Assembly (NCBI GenBank): GCA_038150265.1 | Contig: JAYOTF010000025.1 | Coordinates: forward strand, 1-50,033 | DNA length: 50,033 nucleotides | Source: Deltaproteobacteria bacterium | GTDB lineage: Bacteria; SAR324; NAC60-12 | Reading direction: 5' to 3' | Shown here: positions 29,908-40,263 of the stretch, one piece after another | Numbering within the stretch: position 1 is the first letter of the stretch | Layout of the letters: each line of letters begins with the position of its first letter | Notes under the pieces: model-generated | What the model was told of the DNA's origin: nothing | The model's input: the letters and a program-made list of their open reading frames with translations, nothing else | The model's database searches: none | Made by a program: the position numbers and the translations under genes

Positions 29908-30996
29908 TTGCCTGCTCCCCCACCTGCCCCTGTCACCGCCCTTGGCCTGATGAGCGGAACCTCCACTGACGGCCTTGACCTGGCGCTGCTCCAGACGGAC
30001 GGACGGCAGCACCTTGAATTTGGCCCCACGCGGGCCGTGCCCATGCCCGGCACCCTCCAGCACCAGCTGCTGGAGCTGATGCAAGGCCGTGGAGCCCGGG
30101 CCCCGGTTGAAGCCGCCTTCACGGACTTCAATGCCTCCGTCATTCAGGACTTCCTGGCTGAGCAGGCCGTGCCTCCGCACACGCTGGCGGTTGTCGGGTT
30201 TCATGGTCAGACGCTCTCGCACCACCCGGAACGTGGCGAGACCGACCAGCTGGGAGATGGCCCACGCCTTTCCGAGGCGCTCGGCTGCCCCGTGGTGTAT
30301 CGGTTTCGGCACAACGACCTTGCCCACGGCGGACAGGGAGCCCCGCTGGCACCCCTGTTTCACCAGGCCCTTGCTCACTCGCTGGAACGCCCCATCGCCG
30401 TCCTCAACCTCGGGGGCGTCGGAAACGTCACCTGGCTCGGCGCCGGAAGCGCCATCAGCGCCCTGGACACCGGACCCGCCAATGCGCCCATGGATGACCT
30501 GATTCGGGCACGAACCGGCGCCGGCTACGATGCCAACGGTACACTCGCCGCACAGGGAACTCCGGACCCAGCACTCGTTGCGAAGTGGATGACCCACCCG
30601 TACTTCCGAGCCCCAGCGCCCAAATCCCTCGACCGGAACCAGTTTGACGTCTCAGCGGTTGCCTCCTTGTCCCTTCCGGACGCCCTGGCCACGCTAGCGC
30701 AGTTTGTTGTCGACTCCGTGGCCGCTGCTCAAGCGGAATTTCCAGAGGCTCCCAAGCGCTGGCTGGTGACCGGAGGCGGTCGGCACAACACCTTCCTGAT
30801 GAGCCAGCTGCAGCAACGCCTGCAGGCTCCCGTAGAGCCCGTGGAGGCGGTGGGGTGGTCCGGTGATTTCCTTGAGGCTCAGGCCTTTGCGTACCTGGCG
30901 GTCCGGAGCCTTCAGCAGATGCCCCTCTCGCTTCCGGAAACCACAGGAGTCACCCAACCCGTAACCGGCGGCGAGTGCTGCCTTCCTCACACCTGA
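29908..30996 (+). CDS. anmK: Anhydro-N-acetylmuramic acid kinase
   Basis: GLMSGTS.DG.D, GFHGQT, D.A.GGQGAPLAP, NLGGVGN, DTGPAN, GGG.HN, EA.AFAYLA. Confidence 0.95.
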   Translation: MPAPPPAPVTALGLMSGTSTDGLDLALLQTDGRQHLEFGPTRAVPMPGTLQHQLLELMQGRGARAPVEAAFTDFNASVIQDFLAEQAVPPHTLAVVGFHGQTLSHHPERGETDQLGDGPRLSEALGCPVVYRFRHNDLAHGGQGAPLAPLFHQALAHSLERPIAVLNLGGVGNVTWLGAGSAISALDTGPANAPMDDLIRARTGAGYDANGTLAAQGTPDPALVAKWMTHPYFRAPAPKSLDRNQFDVSAVASLSLPDALATLAQFVVDSVAAAQAEFPEAPKRWLVTGGGRHNTFLMSQLQQRLQAPVEPVEAVGWSGDFLEAQAFAYLAVRSLQQMPLSLPETTGVTQPVTGGECCLPHT

Positions 30997-31002
30997 GCCC
31001 CC

Positions 31003-31881
31003 ATGCTGACGGAGCAAGCCAATCCACGCACCCGGAACCTCGACCAGCTTTCAGCGCTGGAGCTGGTTTCGGTCATGAATGCGGAAGACGCGACGGTTGC
31101 CGAGACCGTCCGGAATGCCCTGCCTCAAGTGGCTCAGGCGGTGGAGCAGATCAGCGAGCAATTGAAACAGGGAGGGCGCCTCTTTTACCTGGGGGCCGGA
31201 ACCAGCGGGCGCCTGGGGGTGTTGGATGCCGCCGAGTGCGTTCCCACGTTTGGGACGCCTCCGGAGCTCGTGCAGGCGCTGATCGCCGGTGGCCCAACCG
31301 CCCTGCTGCAAGCCGTTGAGGGCGCGGAAGACCACTTTGAGCAAGCGACGCCAGACCTGCGCGCCCGGGGTTTTCAGCCTGACGATGCCCTCATCGGCAT
31401 TGCGGCCAGTGGCTCGACGCCCTACGTCCTGGGCGGGCTGGCTTTTGCAAACTCCCTTGGTGCCCTGACCATCGGGATCTCCTGCAACGAGCCGGCGCCG
31501 GTTCTGGAGCAGGCCCAGCTCCCCATTGCGCTGCCGGTCGGTCCGGAAGTCCTCACGGGCTCCACGCGCCTCAAGGCTGGCACCGCCCAGAAGATGGTGC
31601 TGAACATGATCAGCACGGCCGTGATGGTGCAACTCGGCAAGACCTTTGAGAACCTCATGGTCGATGTTCAGGTGACCAATGCCAAACTGGCACGACGCGC
31701 CCGTGGCATTGTGGAACAAGTGGGGCAGGTTGACGCCAGTGCTGCTGAACGCCTCCTCGAAGCCGCGGGCGGACACGTCAAGACCGCGCTCGTGATGGCC
31801 CGGCTCCAGGTCGACGCTCCGCAAGCCCGAATTCTCCTCGAAGACGTCCAGGGGCACCTTTCCCAACTCCTCCCACGCTGA
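31003..31881 (+). CDS. murQ: N-acetylmuramic acid 6-phosphate etherase
   Basis: TEQ.NP, GAGTSGRLG.LDA.EC.PTFG, AASG.TPYV, GPEVLTGSTRLKAGTAQK, NLMVD. Confidence 0.97.
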   Translation: MLTEQANPRTRNLDQLSALELVSVMNAEDATVAETVRNALPQVAQAVEQISEQLKQGGRLFYLGAGTSGRLGVLDAAECVPTFGTPPELVQALIAGGPTALLQAVEGAEDHFEQATPDLRARGFQPDDALIGIAASGSTPYVLGGLAFANSLGALTIGISCNEPAPVLEQAQLPIALPVGPEVLTGSTRLKAGTAQKMVLNMISTAVMVQLGKTFENLMVDVQVTNAKLARRARGIVEQVGQVDASAAERLLEAAGGHVKTALVMARLQVDAPQARILLEDVQGHLSQLLPR

Positions 31882-31908
31882 TCCCCCACTTTTTAACACG
31901 TCCCTCAC

Positions 31909-31937
31909 TTGACTCAGCTCCTCGGAATCTCTATGCT
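31909..31937 (+). promoter_or_regulatory. Sigma70-type promoter of nagB
   Basis: TTGACT (31909-31914), 17 bp, TATGCT (31932-31937). Confidence 0.75.
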
Positions 31938-31948
31938 GTGCGCCTCGA

Positions 31949-31962
31949 TGTTATCGATAACA
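31949..31962. promoter_or_regulatory. Perfect 14-bp palindromic operator (LacI-family type)
   Basis: TGTTATCGATAACA with central CG, between the -10 box and the nagB SD (GAGGA). Confidence 0.7.
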
Positions 31963-31978
31963 AAGACGTGAGGAATTC

Positions 31979-32764
31979 ATGGAGATTTTGATTCGGGACA
32001 CACCGGACGCGTGTGCAGAGGTGGCCGCCCAAGTGGTCAAGCGGCAGTTGCAGACCAAGGAGCGCCCGGTGCTGGGATTAGCGACAGGGGGCACTCCGCT
32101 CAGGCTGTACCAGGAGCTGGTTCGGCTCCACCAGCACGAGGCGCTCAGCTTCAGGCACTGCCAGACCTTTAACCTGGACGAGTACGTGGGGCTGCCCCGG
32201 AACGATGAGCGGTCTTACTACTACTACATGCACTCCAACCTGTTTGATCACATTGACATTGACGCCAGTAACGTGCACCTTCCGGATGGAATGGCGGAGG
32301 ACCTCCGGGACGCTTGCCGGGGCTATGAGCGGAAAATTTCTGCGGCTGGGGGCATTGACCTGCAGGTGCTGGGAATCGGCTCCAACGGCCACATCGGCTT
32401 CAACGAGCCCACCGGCTCCCTTGCGTCACGGACCTGGCTGAAGATCCTCAGCGAGCAGACGATCCGGGACAACGCCATTTACTTCGACAACCCGGAACTG
32501 GTGCCCCGGCACGTGCTGACCATGGGCATTGCCACCATCATGGAGTCGCGGCAGTGCCTGTTGCTGGCGACAGGCGCCAAGAAGGCTGACGCGATTCGAC
32601 GCATGATCGAGGGTCCAGTCACAGCGATGTGTCCCGCGTCGGTTCTGCAGATGCACCAGCGGGTGACCGTGGTGCTCGATGAAGAAGCCGCTTACCTGCT
32701 GACCTACAAGGACCACTACAAGTGGGTGGAGCGCAACAAGCTGGAGTGGCAGCGCTACCAATAA
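31979..32764 (+). CDS. nagB: Glucosamine-6-phosphate deaminase
   Basis: VLGLATG.TP, FNLDEYVGL, GGIDLQVLGIG.NGHIGFNEP, TMGI.TI, PAS.LQ.H. Confidence 0.96.
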   Translation: MEILIRDTPDACAEVAAQVVKRQLQTKERPVLGLATGGTPLRLYQELVRLHQHEALSFRHCQTFNLDEYVGLPRNDERSYYYYMHSNLFDHIDIDASNVHLPDGMAEDLRDACRGYERKISAAGGIDLQVLGIGSNGHIGFNEPTGSLASRTWLKILSEQTIRDNAIYFDNPELVPRHVLTMGIATIMESRQCLLLATGAKKADAIRRMIEGPVTAMCPASVLQMHQRVTVVLDEEAAYLLTYKDHYKWVERNKLEWQRYQ

Positions 32765-32772
32765 CACACGAC

Positions 32773-33684
32773 ATGCCTGACATCCTTTGCCTTGGCGAGC
32801 CGCTGATGGAGTTGAATCAGCAGGCCGATGGTCGTTACCTCCCGGGATTCGGGGGAGATGCCTCAAACTGTGCGGTTGCGGCGGCACGGCAGGGAGCACG
32901 CGTGGGGATGCTCACTCGGGTGGGAACGGACGCCTTTGGCGACGACCTGCTGCACCTCTGGCACCAGGAGGGGATTCACACCCAGCATGTGACCCAGGAT
33001 CCGGAGGCTCCAACCGGCGTTTACTTTGTCACCCACCACGCCTCCGGACATCAGTTCAGCTACCTGCGGGCGGGCTCTGCCGCCAGTCGCATGACGTCCA
33101 CCTCGTTTCCCCAAGAAGCCCTCACCGGAGCCCGGGTCCTCCACGCCTCCGGAATCAGCCAGGCGATCTCGGATAGCGCCTGCGACACCGTATTTGAGTG
33201 GATGGCTCACGCCAGGAGCCAGGGGGTGCGGGTGTCTTACGATACGAACCTGCGCCTCAAGCTGTGGCCCCTGCAACGCGCCCGGGCCATCATTCACGAA
33301 GCCGTTCGGCACTGTGACCTGGTGTTGCCCGGACTGGAAGATGCCATCCAGTTGACCGGACTCAGCAACCCGGACGCGATTGCCGACTTTTACCTGAGTC
33401 TTGGAGCTGAAGTGGTAGCCCTGACGCTCGGGGCCGAAGGGGTCCTCGTGGCCACGTCTTCCGAACGCCAGCGGCTTTCCGGATTGAGGGTGAAGGCTGT
33501 GGATGCCACCGGAGCCGGGGACACGTTTGATGGGGCCTTCCTTGCTGAATGGGTGGCCGGAAAGTCGCCGTTTGAGGCAGCGGTCTATGCGAACGCTGCG
33601 GCGGCCCTTTCCACTCAAGGGTATGGAGCCATTGCGCCCATGCCCCTTCGTGCCCAGGTCGAAGCTTATCTGCAGTCCCTCTGA
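32773..33684 (+). CDS. PfkB-family sugar kinase (2-keto-3-deoxygluconate kinase-like)
   Basis: GEPLME, GGD.SN.AVAAARQG, D.N.R..LW, DATGAGDTF.G; ATG at 32773. Confidence 0.88.
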   Translation: MPDILCLGEPLMELNQQADGRYLPGFGGDASNCAVAAARQGARVGMLTRVGTDAFGDDLLHLWHQEGIHTQHVTQDPEAPTGVYFVTHHASGHQFSYLRAGSAASRMTSTSFPQEALTGARVLHASGISQAISDSACDTVFEWMAHARSQGVRVSYDTNLRLKLWPLQRARAIIHEAVRHCDLVLPGLEDAIQLTGLSNPDAIADFYLSLGAEVVALTLGAEGVLVATSSERQRLSGLRVKAVDATGAGDTFDGAFLAEWVAGKSPFEAAVYANAAAALSTQGYGAIAPMPLRAQVEAYLQSL

Positions 33685-33796
33685 GGTCTTGGCTTGCAAA
33701 AACTATAGGGGACAGGATAGTTATCGCCTGTGTATGTTGAGAGAACGCGAAACCCGTCCTCAGCTGATCTGACCATCACCGTACCATGAGACCGCT

Positions 33797-35437
33797 ATGA
33801 AAGCATCTGACCTGCTTGTTCAAGCTCTTGAAGCCGAAGGCGTTGAGCACATTTTCGGCATTCCCGGAGAAGAAAACCTTGATCTGCTGAACTCCCTCAA
33901 GGGGTCGAAGATCCAACTTGTTCTGACCCGACATGAGCAAGGGGCAGGCTTCATGGCTGCAACTTACGGACGCTTGACCGGCAAGCCCGGGGTCGCCCTG
34001 TCCACACTGGGTCCGGGGGCAACCAACCTGGTCACCGCCTCGGCGTACGCCCAGCTCGCAGGCTTCCCGCTGCTGCTGATCACCGGACAGAAGCCCGTCA
34101 AGCACAGCAAGCAGGGCAAGTTCCAGATCCTCGACGTGGTTGAGATGATGAAGCCCCTCACCAAGTTCACGCACCAGATTGTCAGCGGAAACAACATCCC
34201 GGCTCGGGTTCGGGAAGCCTTCCGCGTGATGCAGGAGGAGCGTCCGGGGGCCGCCCACCTGGAGCTTCCGGAAGACGTGGCCGCTGAAGAAGCGGAAACG
34301 CATGTCATCCCGCCCACCCGGGCCCGCCGTCCGATTGCCGAGGAGAAGGCCGTGGCGCAGGCGGTGAAGATGATTGAGCAGGCCAAGAAGCCGCTGCTCT
34401 GCATCGGCGCGGGGGCCAACCGCAAGATGACCTCCAAGATGCTCCGGGAGCTGGTGGACAAGACGGGCATTCCGTTCATTTCCACCCAAATGGGGAAGGG
34501 TGTTCTGGACGAGCGGGACCCGCTCTTCCTCGGAAACGCGGCGCTGTCGGCAGGAGACTTTGTGCACCGGGCTGTGGCGCAGGCAGACCTGATCCTCAAC
34601 GTGGGGCATGACGACGTCGAGAAGCCGCCGTTTTTCATGGACCACAACGAGCCGACCGTCATTCACATCAACTTCTATGGCGCCGAAGTGGACCCGGTCT
34701 ACTACCCCCAGCATGAGGTCATTGGAGACATTGCCAATTCGATTTGGCAGATCAAGGAGCACCTCGTTCCGCAGCAGCACTGGGATTTCAGCTACTTCAA
34801 GACGGTCAAGGCGGCTATGGATGCCCACGTCCAGGAGGGCTCCGATGACCCGGGCTTCCCGATGAAGCCTCAGCGCATGGTGGCCGATGTCCGGAAGGCC
34901 ATGCCAGACAATGGGATCATCTGCCTCGACAATGGGGTTTACAAAATCTGGTTTGCCCGTAATTATGCTGCGTATCAACAAAATACGGTGTTGCTCGACA
35001 ATGCGCTTGCGACCATGGGCGCAGGCCTGCCCTCGGCCATGGGCGCCAAGATGGTGCACCCAGATCGCAAGGTCATGGCCATCTGCGGAGACGGCGGGTT
35101 CATGATGAACTCTCAGGAGTTGGAAACCGCTGTTCGCCTCAACATGCACGTGGTCGTGCTCATCCTCCGGGATAACTCCTACGGCATGATCCGCTGGAAG
35201 CAGGCGAACATGAACTTTGAGGACTTTGGGCTCCAGTTTGGCAACCCCGATTTTGTCAAGTATGCCGAAGCCTATGGCGCCAATGGGCACCGGGTGGGCA
35301 GCACCGAGGAGTTCTTGCCCCTCCTTGAGCACTGCCACAACACCCATGGGGTGCATGTCATTGAGTTGCCAGTGGATTACTCTGACAACGACCGGATCCT
35401 CAACCATGAAATCAAGGAACTCAGCGCAAAAGTCTAA
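33797..35437 (+). CDS. Acetolactate synthase large subunit-like ThDP enzyme (no small subunit adjacent)
   Basis: FGIPGEEN, RHEQGA.FMA, TLGPGATN and the GDGGFMMN...DNSYGMI ThDP-binding motif. Confidence 0.92.
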   Translation: MKASDLLVQALEAEGVEHIFGIPGEENLDLLNSLKGSKIQLVLTRHEQGAGFMAATYGRLTGKPGVALSTLGPGATNLVTASAYAQLAGFPLLLITGQKPVKHSKQGKFQILDVVEMMKPLTKFTHQIVSGNNIPARVREAFRVMQEERPGAAHLELPEDVAAEEAETHVIPPTRARRPIAEEKAVAQAVKMIEQAKKPLLCIGAGANRKMTSKMLRELVDKTGIPFISTQMGKGVLDERDPLFLGNAALSAGDFVHRAVAQADLILNVGHDDVEKPPFFMDHNEPTVIHINFYGAEVDPVYYPQHEVIGDIANSIWQIKEHLVPQQHWDFSYFKTVKAAMDAHVQEGSDDPGFPMKPQRMVADVRKAMPDNGIICLDNGVYKIWFARNYAAYQQNTVLLDNALATMGAGLPSAMGAKMVHPDRKVMAICGDGGFMMNSQELETAVRLNMHVVVLILRDNSYGMIRWKQANMNFEDFGLQFGNPDFVKYAEAYGANGHRVGSTEEFLPLLEHCHNTHGVHVIELPVDYSDNDRILNHEIKELSAKV

Positions 35438-36053
35438 TAGCCTCCGCGCCAGCATCTGGGGAGTGGGCCTGGCCCTGCTCCTCATGCTCGCCAGCCCTCT
35501 GCAGGCGTCGGTGAAGGTGCTTGCCCTCGGCGACTCGCTAACCGAAGGGTATGGGGTCGACAAGGAAGAGGCCTGGCCCTTTGTTCTGGAGCAGGCGCTG
35601 CTGGAACAGGGCTACGATGTGGAAATCGTCAATGCCGGCATCAGTGGCTCCACCAGTGCCAGTGCGCTTGGACGCCTGCGCTGGTACGCCCGGGCCAAGG
35701 CCGATGTGCTCATTCTGGCCCTGGGCGCCAACGATGGCCTGCGGGGCCTCAGTGTGGAAGAGATGAAGGACAACCTCGGCGAGGCCATTCAGTTTGCGCA
35801 GGCTCAGGGCATGAAGGTGCTCCTGGCCGGCATGCAGATGCCTCTGAATTATGGTCCGGAGTACACCGCCGAATTCCGAGACGCCTTCCCCCAGGTCGCC
35901 GAGACGCATCAGGTCGCCCTGATCCCATTCCTCCTTGAGGACGTCGGAGGCGAGCCTGACAAGAACATCGCCGACGGCATTCACCCCAACCCCGAAGGGC
36001 ACCAGATCATCAGCCAGACCGTGGCCGAGTACCTCACGCCCCTCCTCCCCTGA
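35406..36053 (+). CDS. SGNH arylesterase / acyl-CoA thioesterase I (TesA-like), exported
   Basis: Signal peptide, GDSLT.GYG, NAGISG, LGANDGLRG, DGIHPN; start uncertain. Confidence 0.88.
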   Translation: MKSRNSAQKSNSLRASIWGVGLALLLMLASPLQASVKVLALGDSLTEGYGVDKEEAWPFVLEQALLEQGYDVEIVNAGISGSTSASALGRLRWYARAKADVLILALGANDGLRGLSVEEMKDNLGEAIQFAQAQGMKVLLAGMQMPLNYGPEYTAEFRDAFPQVAETHQVALIPFLLEDVGGEPDKNIADGIHPNPEGHQIISQTVAEYLTPLLP

Positions 36054-36063
36054 TCCGAATTGC

Positions 36064-36759
36064 ATGATAGACGTCCTGGCGTTTGATGCCGACGATACCC
36101 TGTGGCACAATGAGCGCCTGTTCTCCTGGACGCAGGAACGCTTTCAGAACATCCTCAACGCCTACCACCCTGAAGTGGTGGACCAAACCCTCTATGCCAC
36201 GGAGAAGAAGAACCTCCAGTACTTCGGGTATGGCATCAAGGGCTTTGTCCTTTCCATGATTGAAACCGCCGTGGAGCTCACCCAGGGAGAGGTTTCTGGA
36301 AGTGAGATCAAGCAGATCCTCGACTTTGGCAAGGAGATGCAAAACTCGCCTCTGGAGCTGCTTCCGGGAGTGGCAGACGTCCTCCACACGCTCGCGCCCC
36401 AGTACCGGCTCATGCTGATCACCAAGGGCGACCTGTTTGACCAGGAAACCAAGATCGCCCGCTCCGGACTCGCCGACCGCTTTGAGGCCGTTGAGATTGT
36501 GCGGGAGAAGGACGGGGCCACGTATCAGCGCCTGCTGACTAGGCATCAGGTGTCGCCGGAACGCTTCCTGATGGTCGGGAACTCCCTCCGGTCGGACATC
36601 CTGCCTGTTCTGGAACTCGGAGGATACGCGGTGCATGTTCCCTACGAACTCACCTGGGCGCACGAGCAGGCGGACCCTCCGGAGCATGAACGCTTCACCC
36701 AACTTCCCAATCTTGAAGCCCTCCCCGCCTGGCTTCAGCAACAGCAAGCTGCCTCATGA
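36064..36759 (+). CDS. HAD-family hydrolase
   Basis: FDADDTLW, ITKGDL.DQE.K, MVGNSL.SDI.P. Confidence 0.9.
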   Translation: MIDVLAFDADDTLWHNERLFSWTQERFQNILNAYHPEVVDQTLYATEKKNLQYFGYGIKGFVLSMIETAVELTQGEVSGSEIKQILDFGKEMQNSPLELLPGVADVLHTLAPQYRLMLITKGDLFDQETKIARSGLADRFEAVEIVREKDGATYQRLLTRHQVSPERFLMVGNSLRSDILPVLELGGYAVHVPYELTWAHEQADPPEHERFTQLPNLEALPAWLQQQQAAS

Positions 36760-37907
36760 CCCCACCCAGCCTCTTGAAGGGACGGCGCATCGCGCTCGTG
36801 CATGACTGGCTCAACGGCATGCGCGGAGGCGAGAAGTGCCTCGAGGTGCTCTGTGAGGTCTTTCCCGAGGCCCCGCTCTACACCCTGATCCATGAAAAGG
36901 GACGCCTCTCGTCCACCCTGGAGCAGATGGACATCCGGACCTCCTTCATCCAGCACATGCCCTACGGCATCAGCCACTACCGTCACTTTCTGCCGCTGCT
37001 GCCCAAGGCGATGGAGGCGTTCCGTTTGGACCAGTACGACCTCATCATCAGCACCAGCCACTGTGTGGCCAAGGGCGCCATTCCGGGTCCGAATACCTAC
37101 CACATCTCTTACGTCCATGCGCCCATGCGCTACGTCTGGGACGCCTTTGACACGTACTTCCGGACCCCGCGGACGTCTCCAGCGGTGCGGCTGGCAGCAG
37201 AGCTTGTTCGCCCTTACCTGAAACGCTGGGACCGCGACACCGCCGACCGTGTCCACACGTACCTCTGCAACAGCCGCAACATCCGACGCAAGATCCGGGA
37301 CTACTACGGACGCGAGTCGCAGGTCATTCACCCACCGGTGGACCTTGACCACTTCCAGCCCGGTACCGAAAAACAGGACTTCTACCTCATGATCGGTGCC
37401 TTTGCCCCCAACAAGCGGGTGGACCTCGCCATTGAGGCCTTCAACCGGATGGAGCTGCCCCTGAAGATTGTGGGGAAGGGGCAGGACGAGGACTACTGCC
37501 GAGGCATTGCCGGCCCGACCATTGAATTCCTGGGCGAGCTCGAGTCATCGGAGCTGCTGAAGCTCTACCAGCAGGCCCGAGCCTTTGTCTTTCCGGGAGA
37601 AGACGACTTCGGCATCACGCCTCTGGAAGCCCAGGCGTGCCAGACTCCGGTGGTCGCGTTTGCGGCCGGAGGCGCGCTGGAAACCGTCACAGAGCAGACG
37701 GGAATCTTCTTTGACGTCCAGACCGTGGACGCTCTCTGTGCGGCGATTGAAGACATGGAAGCCCGGCATGCAGAGTTCCGTCCGGAGGCCTTTGAGCAGA
37801 ACACCGCTCGGTTCGGACGCGAACGCTACAAGGAGCAGATGGTCGCGGCCATCACCTTCGGGTACCAGCAGTGGCAGGCACAACGGGATTCCCAGCTGGC
37901 AGCATGA
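36756..37907 (+). CDS. GT4-family glycosyltransferase
   Basis: VHDWL...RGGE, Y.HAPMRY.WD, PPVD, KRVDLAI.AF, EDDFGITPLEAQAC..PV. Confidence 0.92.
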   Translation: MTPPSLLKGRRIALVHDWLNGMRGGEKCLEVLCEVFPEAPLYTLIHEKGRLSSTLEQMDIRTSFIQHMPYGISHYRHFLPLLPKAMEAFRLDQYDLIISTSHCVAKGAIPGPNTYHISYVHAPMRYVWDAFDTYFRTPRTSPAVRLAAELVRPYLKRWDRDTADRVHTYLCNSRNIRRKIRDYYGRESQVIHPPVDLDHFQPGTEKQDFYLMIGAFAPNKRVDLAIEAFNRMELPLKIVGKGQDEDYCRGIAGPTIEFLGELESSELLKLYQQARAFVFPGEDDFGITPLEAQACQTPVVAFAAGGALETVTEQTGIFFDVQTVDALCAAIEDMEARHAEFRPEAFEQNTARFGRERYKEQMVAAITFGYQQWQAQRDSQLAA

Positions 37908-38647
37908 TGGTCCGAGCCCTGTTGACCGGTCTGGCGGTGCTGCTCGCCTCCGGAAGCGCGTCTGCGCACTTTGAAGAAATCCTCCGAGACCGCCTGCGGA
38001 CCCAGTACCTGCAGGAACTCAACTCGCCCCTCCTGACCAAACGCCTGCAGGCCACAGCCGCTTTTCTGGAGCATCCGGAGTGGGGACGCCCCATCCTCCG
38101 GGAGGCGATCTATGCCCCTCCCACTCCAGACCACCTCTGGCGCATTGTGCAGCTCCTCGGCAGCATCGGCACCGAACCGGACCTGGAACGGGTGCTGAAC
38201 AACGTCCGGGCGGAAGACCTTGGCCCGCGCTCAGACCTGTGGGAAGCGACCGTGCAGCGCCTCTACTGGACCCACCATGAGCCTCAGGCCGCTCAGTTGA
38301 CGCTGGCAGGACTGGAATTTCAGGAGCCTCAGCTGAGCAAGCAGGGAAAGCTGCTCCGCCTGGAAGGACAGCTGGCGTACACGATCCAGAACCCCGGGAC
38401 GACTCCCCTGCTGCTTCAGGTGCAGCTGGACACCTGGCGCAGTCAGCTGAGCGCGCCCACCGAGTTTGACGTCCAGTGGCTTCCGGAAGGAGCCTCTCGC
38501 ACCTTTCAGGTTCCGATCATGCTGGAAGTCCGGGCCGGCTTCTTCTACGTCCGGCTGGACTTTCGCCTCCGGAACCTCGGGAATGGTGACATTCTTGAGC
38601 ACCAGACCCTCCGAGTGCCTCTGCCAGGCGCTCCGGCCGCGCAGTAG
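37904..38647 (+). CDS. Exported protein, function unknown
   Basis: Signal peptide (…SASA/H), helical HEAT-like N-half, beta-rich C-half; coupled by ATGA overlap. Confidence 0.65.
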   Translation: MMVRALLTGLAVLLASGSASAHFEEILRDRLRTQYLQELNSPLLTKRLQATAAFLEHPEWGRPILREAIYAPPTPDHLWRIVQLLGSIGTEPDLERVLNNVRAEDLGPRSDLWEATVQRLYWTHHEPQAAQLTLAGLEFQEPQLSKQGKLLRLEGQLAYTIQNPGTTPLLLQVQLDTWRSQLSAPTEFDVQWLPEGASRTFQVPIMLEVRAGFFYVRLDFRLRNLGNGDILEHQTLRVPLPGAPAAQ

Positions 38648-38653
38648 CTCGCT

Positions 38654-40042
38654 TCAAGCCGCAGGTTTGGGAGGCAACGGCGCCAGCGGTGGCCCAGCCG
38701 GGGCACTGAGGCGGCGGGTGAGTTTGTAAAAGCGGAGGTTGTGCAGCGCGGCCGCTGTGGAAAGCCCTGCGACCAGTCCCCACCACATGCTGACCGGACC
38801 CGTTTCCCAGACAAAGCCCAGCCCATACGCCAGAGTCAGGCCCATCCCCCAGTAGGCCAGGAGGTTGCTGATCATCGGAATCCGGGTGTCCTTCAGCCCC
38901 CGCAGCGCTCCGGTCGCCGAAATCTGCAGGCCGTCTGAAAACTGGAACAGCGCCGCCATGGCCAGCATCTGCACTGCCAGGAGGCGAACCTCTGTGTCCT
39001 GCGTGTAGAGCGACGTGATGGCTTCCGGAAACAGCAAAAAGCCGCTGGCGGTGCTGATCATGATCAGCACACTGAGCAAGATGCCCACTCGTCCCCGGAA
39101 CCGAACGCCGTCCCAGTCTCGGCGACCTGCGGCCTGCCCCACCCGGCTTGTGATGGCGGCCGACAGTCCCAGCGGAATCATGAAGGTGATGGCCGCCACG
39201 TTGACCGCGACCTGATGGGCTGCCAGCGCCGTCACGCCGTAGGTTCCCATCAGCAGCGCCACCATGGCAAACATCCCCACCTCGGCCGCCAGGCTGAGCC
39301 CACTCGGGATGCCGATCTTCAGGATCTCCCGCCAGTACCCCCAGCGAGGCCGCTCCCACTTGGTGAGGACGTTGAGGGGACGCAACCGGGGGCTCCGGAG
39401 GATGTACCCCACCAGCGCCACCAGCATCACCCAATGCACCAGCGTGGTGGTCCACCCCGCTCCAACGGCTCCCAAACGCGGAAAGCCGAAGTGCCCAAAG
39501 ATGAGGGTGTAGTTGCCCAGCACATTTGCTCCCAGCCCCAGAACGTGGATGATCATGTTCGGACGGGTGATGCCCAGCCCTTCCAGGAAGTGCTTCAGGG
39601 CCAAAAAGACATACGCGGCGGGCAGGCCCCAGCAAAGGGCCTCCAGGTAGCCATCGGTGATGCGAATGACCGCGGGGTCATACTCCATGTACTCAAGCAG
39701 CGGCTCCAGATTCGGCAGCACCAGCAGGCTCAGCACCAGCAGCACCAGGCTCACGCCCACCCCCTGCCGGACGCTGGGGCCAATGCGCTTCCACTTCCGG
39801 GCGCCATCGAGCTGTGCCACAATCGGCGTGATCGCCAGCAGGACTCCAATGACCAGGCAGATGATCGGGTGAAACAGGGCGCTTGCGGTCGCAATCGCTG
39901 CCAGATCGTTGGGGCTGACGTTTCCGGACATCACCGTGTCCACAAACTGCATGGACATCATCAGGACCTGAGAGACCATCACCGGAAAACCGATGCGCAG
40001 CAGCTCCCGGGCTTCCTGGCCAAATTGCGAGGCGCGGCTCAT
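38654..40042 (-). CDS. MATE-family efflux transporter (NorM-like)
   Basis: FVDT.M.G, N..LIFG.FG.P.LG..GAG, AAHQ.A.N, RVG...G, FQ..DG.Q....GALRG.KDT. Confidence 0.93.
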   Translation of the reverse strand: MSRASQFGQEARELLRIGFPVMVSQVLMMSMQFVDTVMSGNVSPNDLAAIATASALFHPIICLVIGVLLAITPIVAQLDGARKWKRIGPSVRQGVGVSLVLLVLSLLVLPNLEPLLEYMEYDPAVIRITDGYLEALCWGLPAAYVFLALKHFLEGLGITRPNMIIHVLGLGANVLGNYTLIFGHFGFPRLGAVGAGWTTTLVHWVMLVALVGYILRSPRLRPLNVLTKWERPRWGYWREILKIGIPSGLSLAAEVGMFAMVALLMGTYGVTALAAHQVAVNVAAITFMIPLGLSAAITSRVGQAAGRRDWDGVRFRGRVGILLSVLIMISTASGFLLFPEAITSLYTQDTEVRLLAVQMLAMAALFQFSDGLQISATGALRGLKDTRIPMISNLLAYWGMGLTLAYGLGFVWETGPVSMWWGLVAGLSTAAALHNLRFYKLTRRLSAPAGPPLAPLPPKPAA

Positions 40043-40263
40043 GCCACCCCTTTTTTTCCGGCCTCCCGCTGGGCCAAGCGGCTCAGGACCTGATGCCGCT
40101 CCTGCGAACTCATCTCTGACCAGCGGGCAATTTCATCAAGCGAGCGGCCACATCCTCGGCAGTGTCGGGTTTCATCCAGAAAGCATTGGCGGACACAGGG
40201 ACTGGGGATTTTCAAGGCGTTCTCACGTGGTTGGACAGGAATCAAAAGCAGGCGGCGGCTCAT
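40039..40263 (-). CDS. DUF1289-family Cys-rich small protein
   Basis: SPC...C......C.GC.RS.DEI..W motif. Confidence 0.85.
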   Translation of the reverse strand: MSRRLLLIPVQPRENALKIPSPCVRQCFLDETRHCRGCGRSLDEIARWSEMSSQERHQVLSRLAQREAGKKGVA

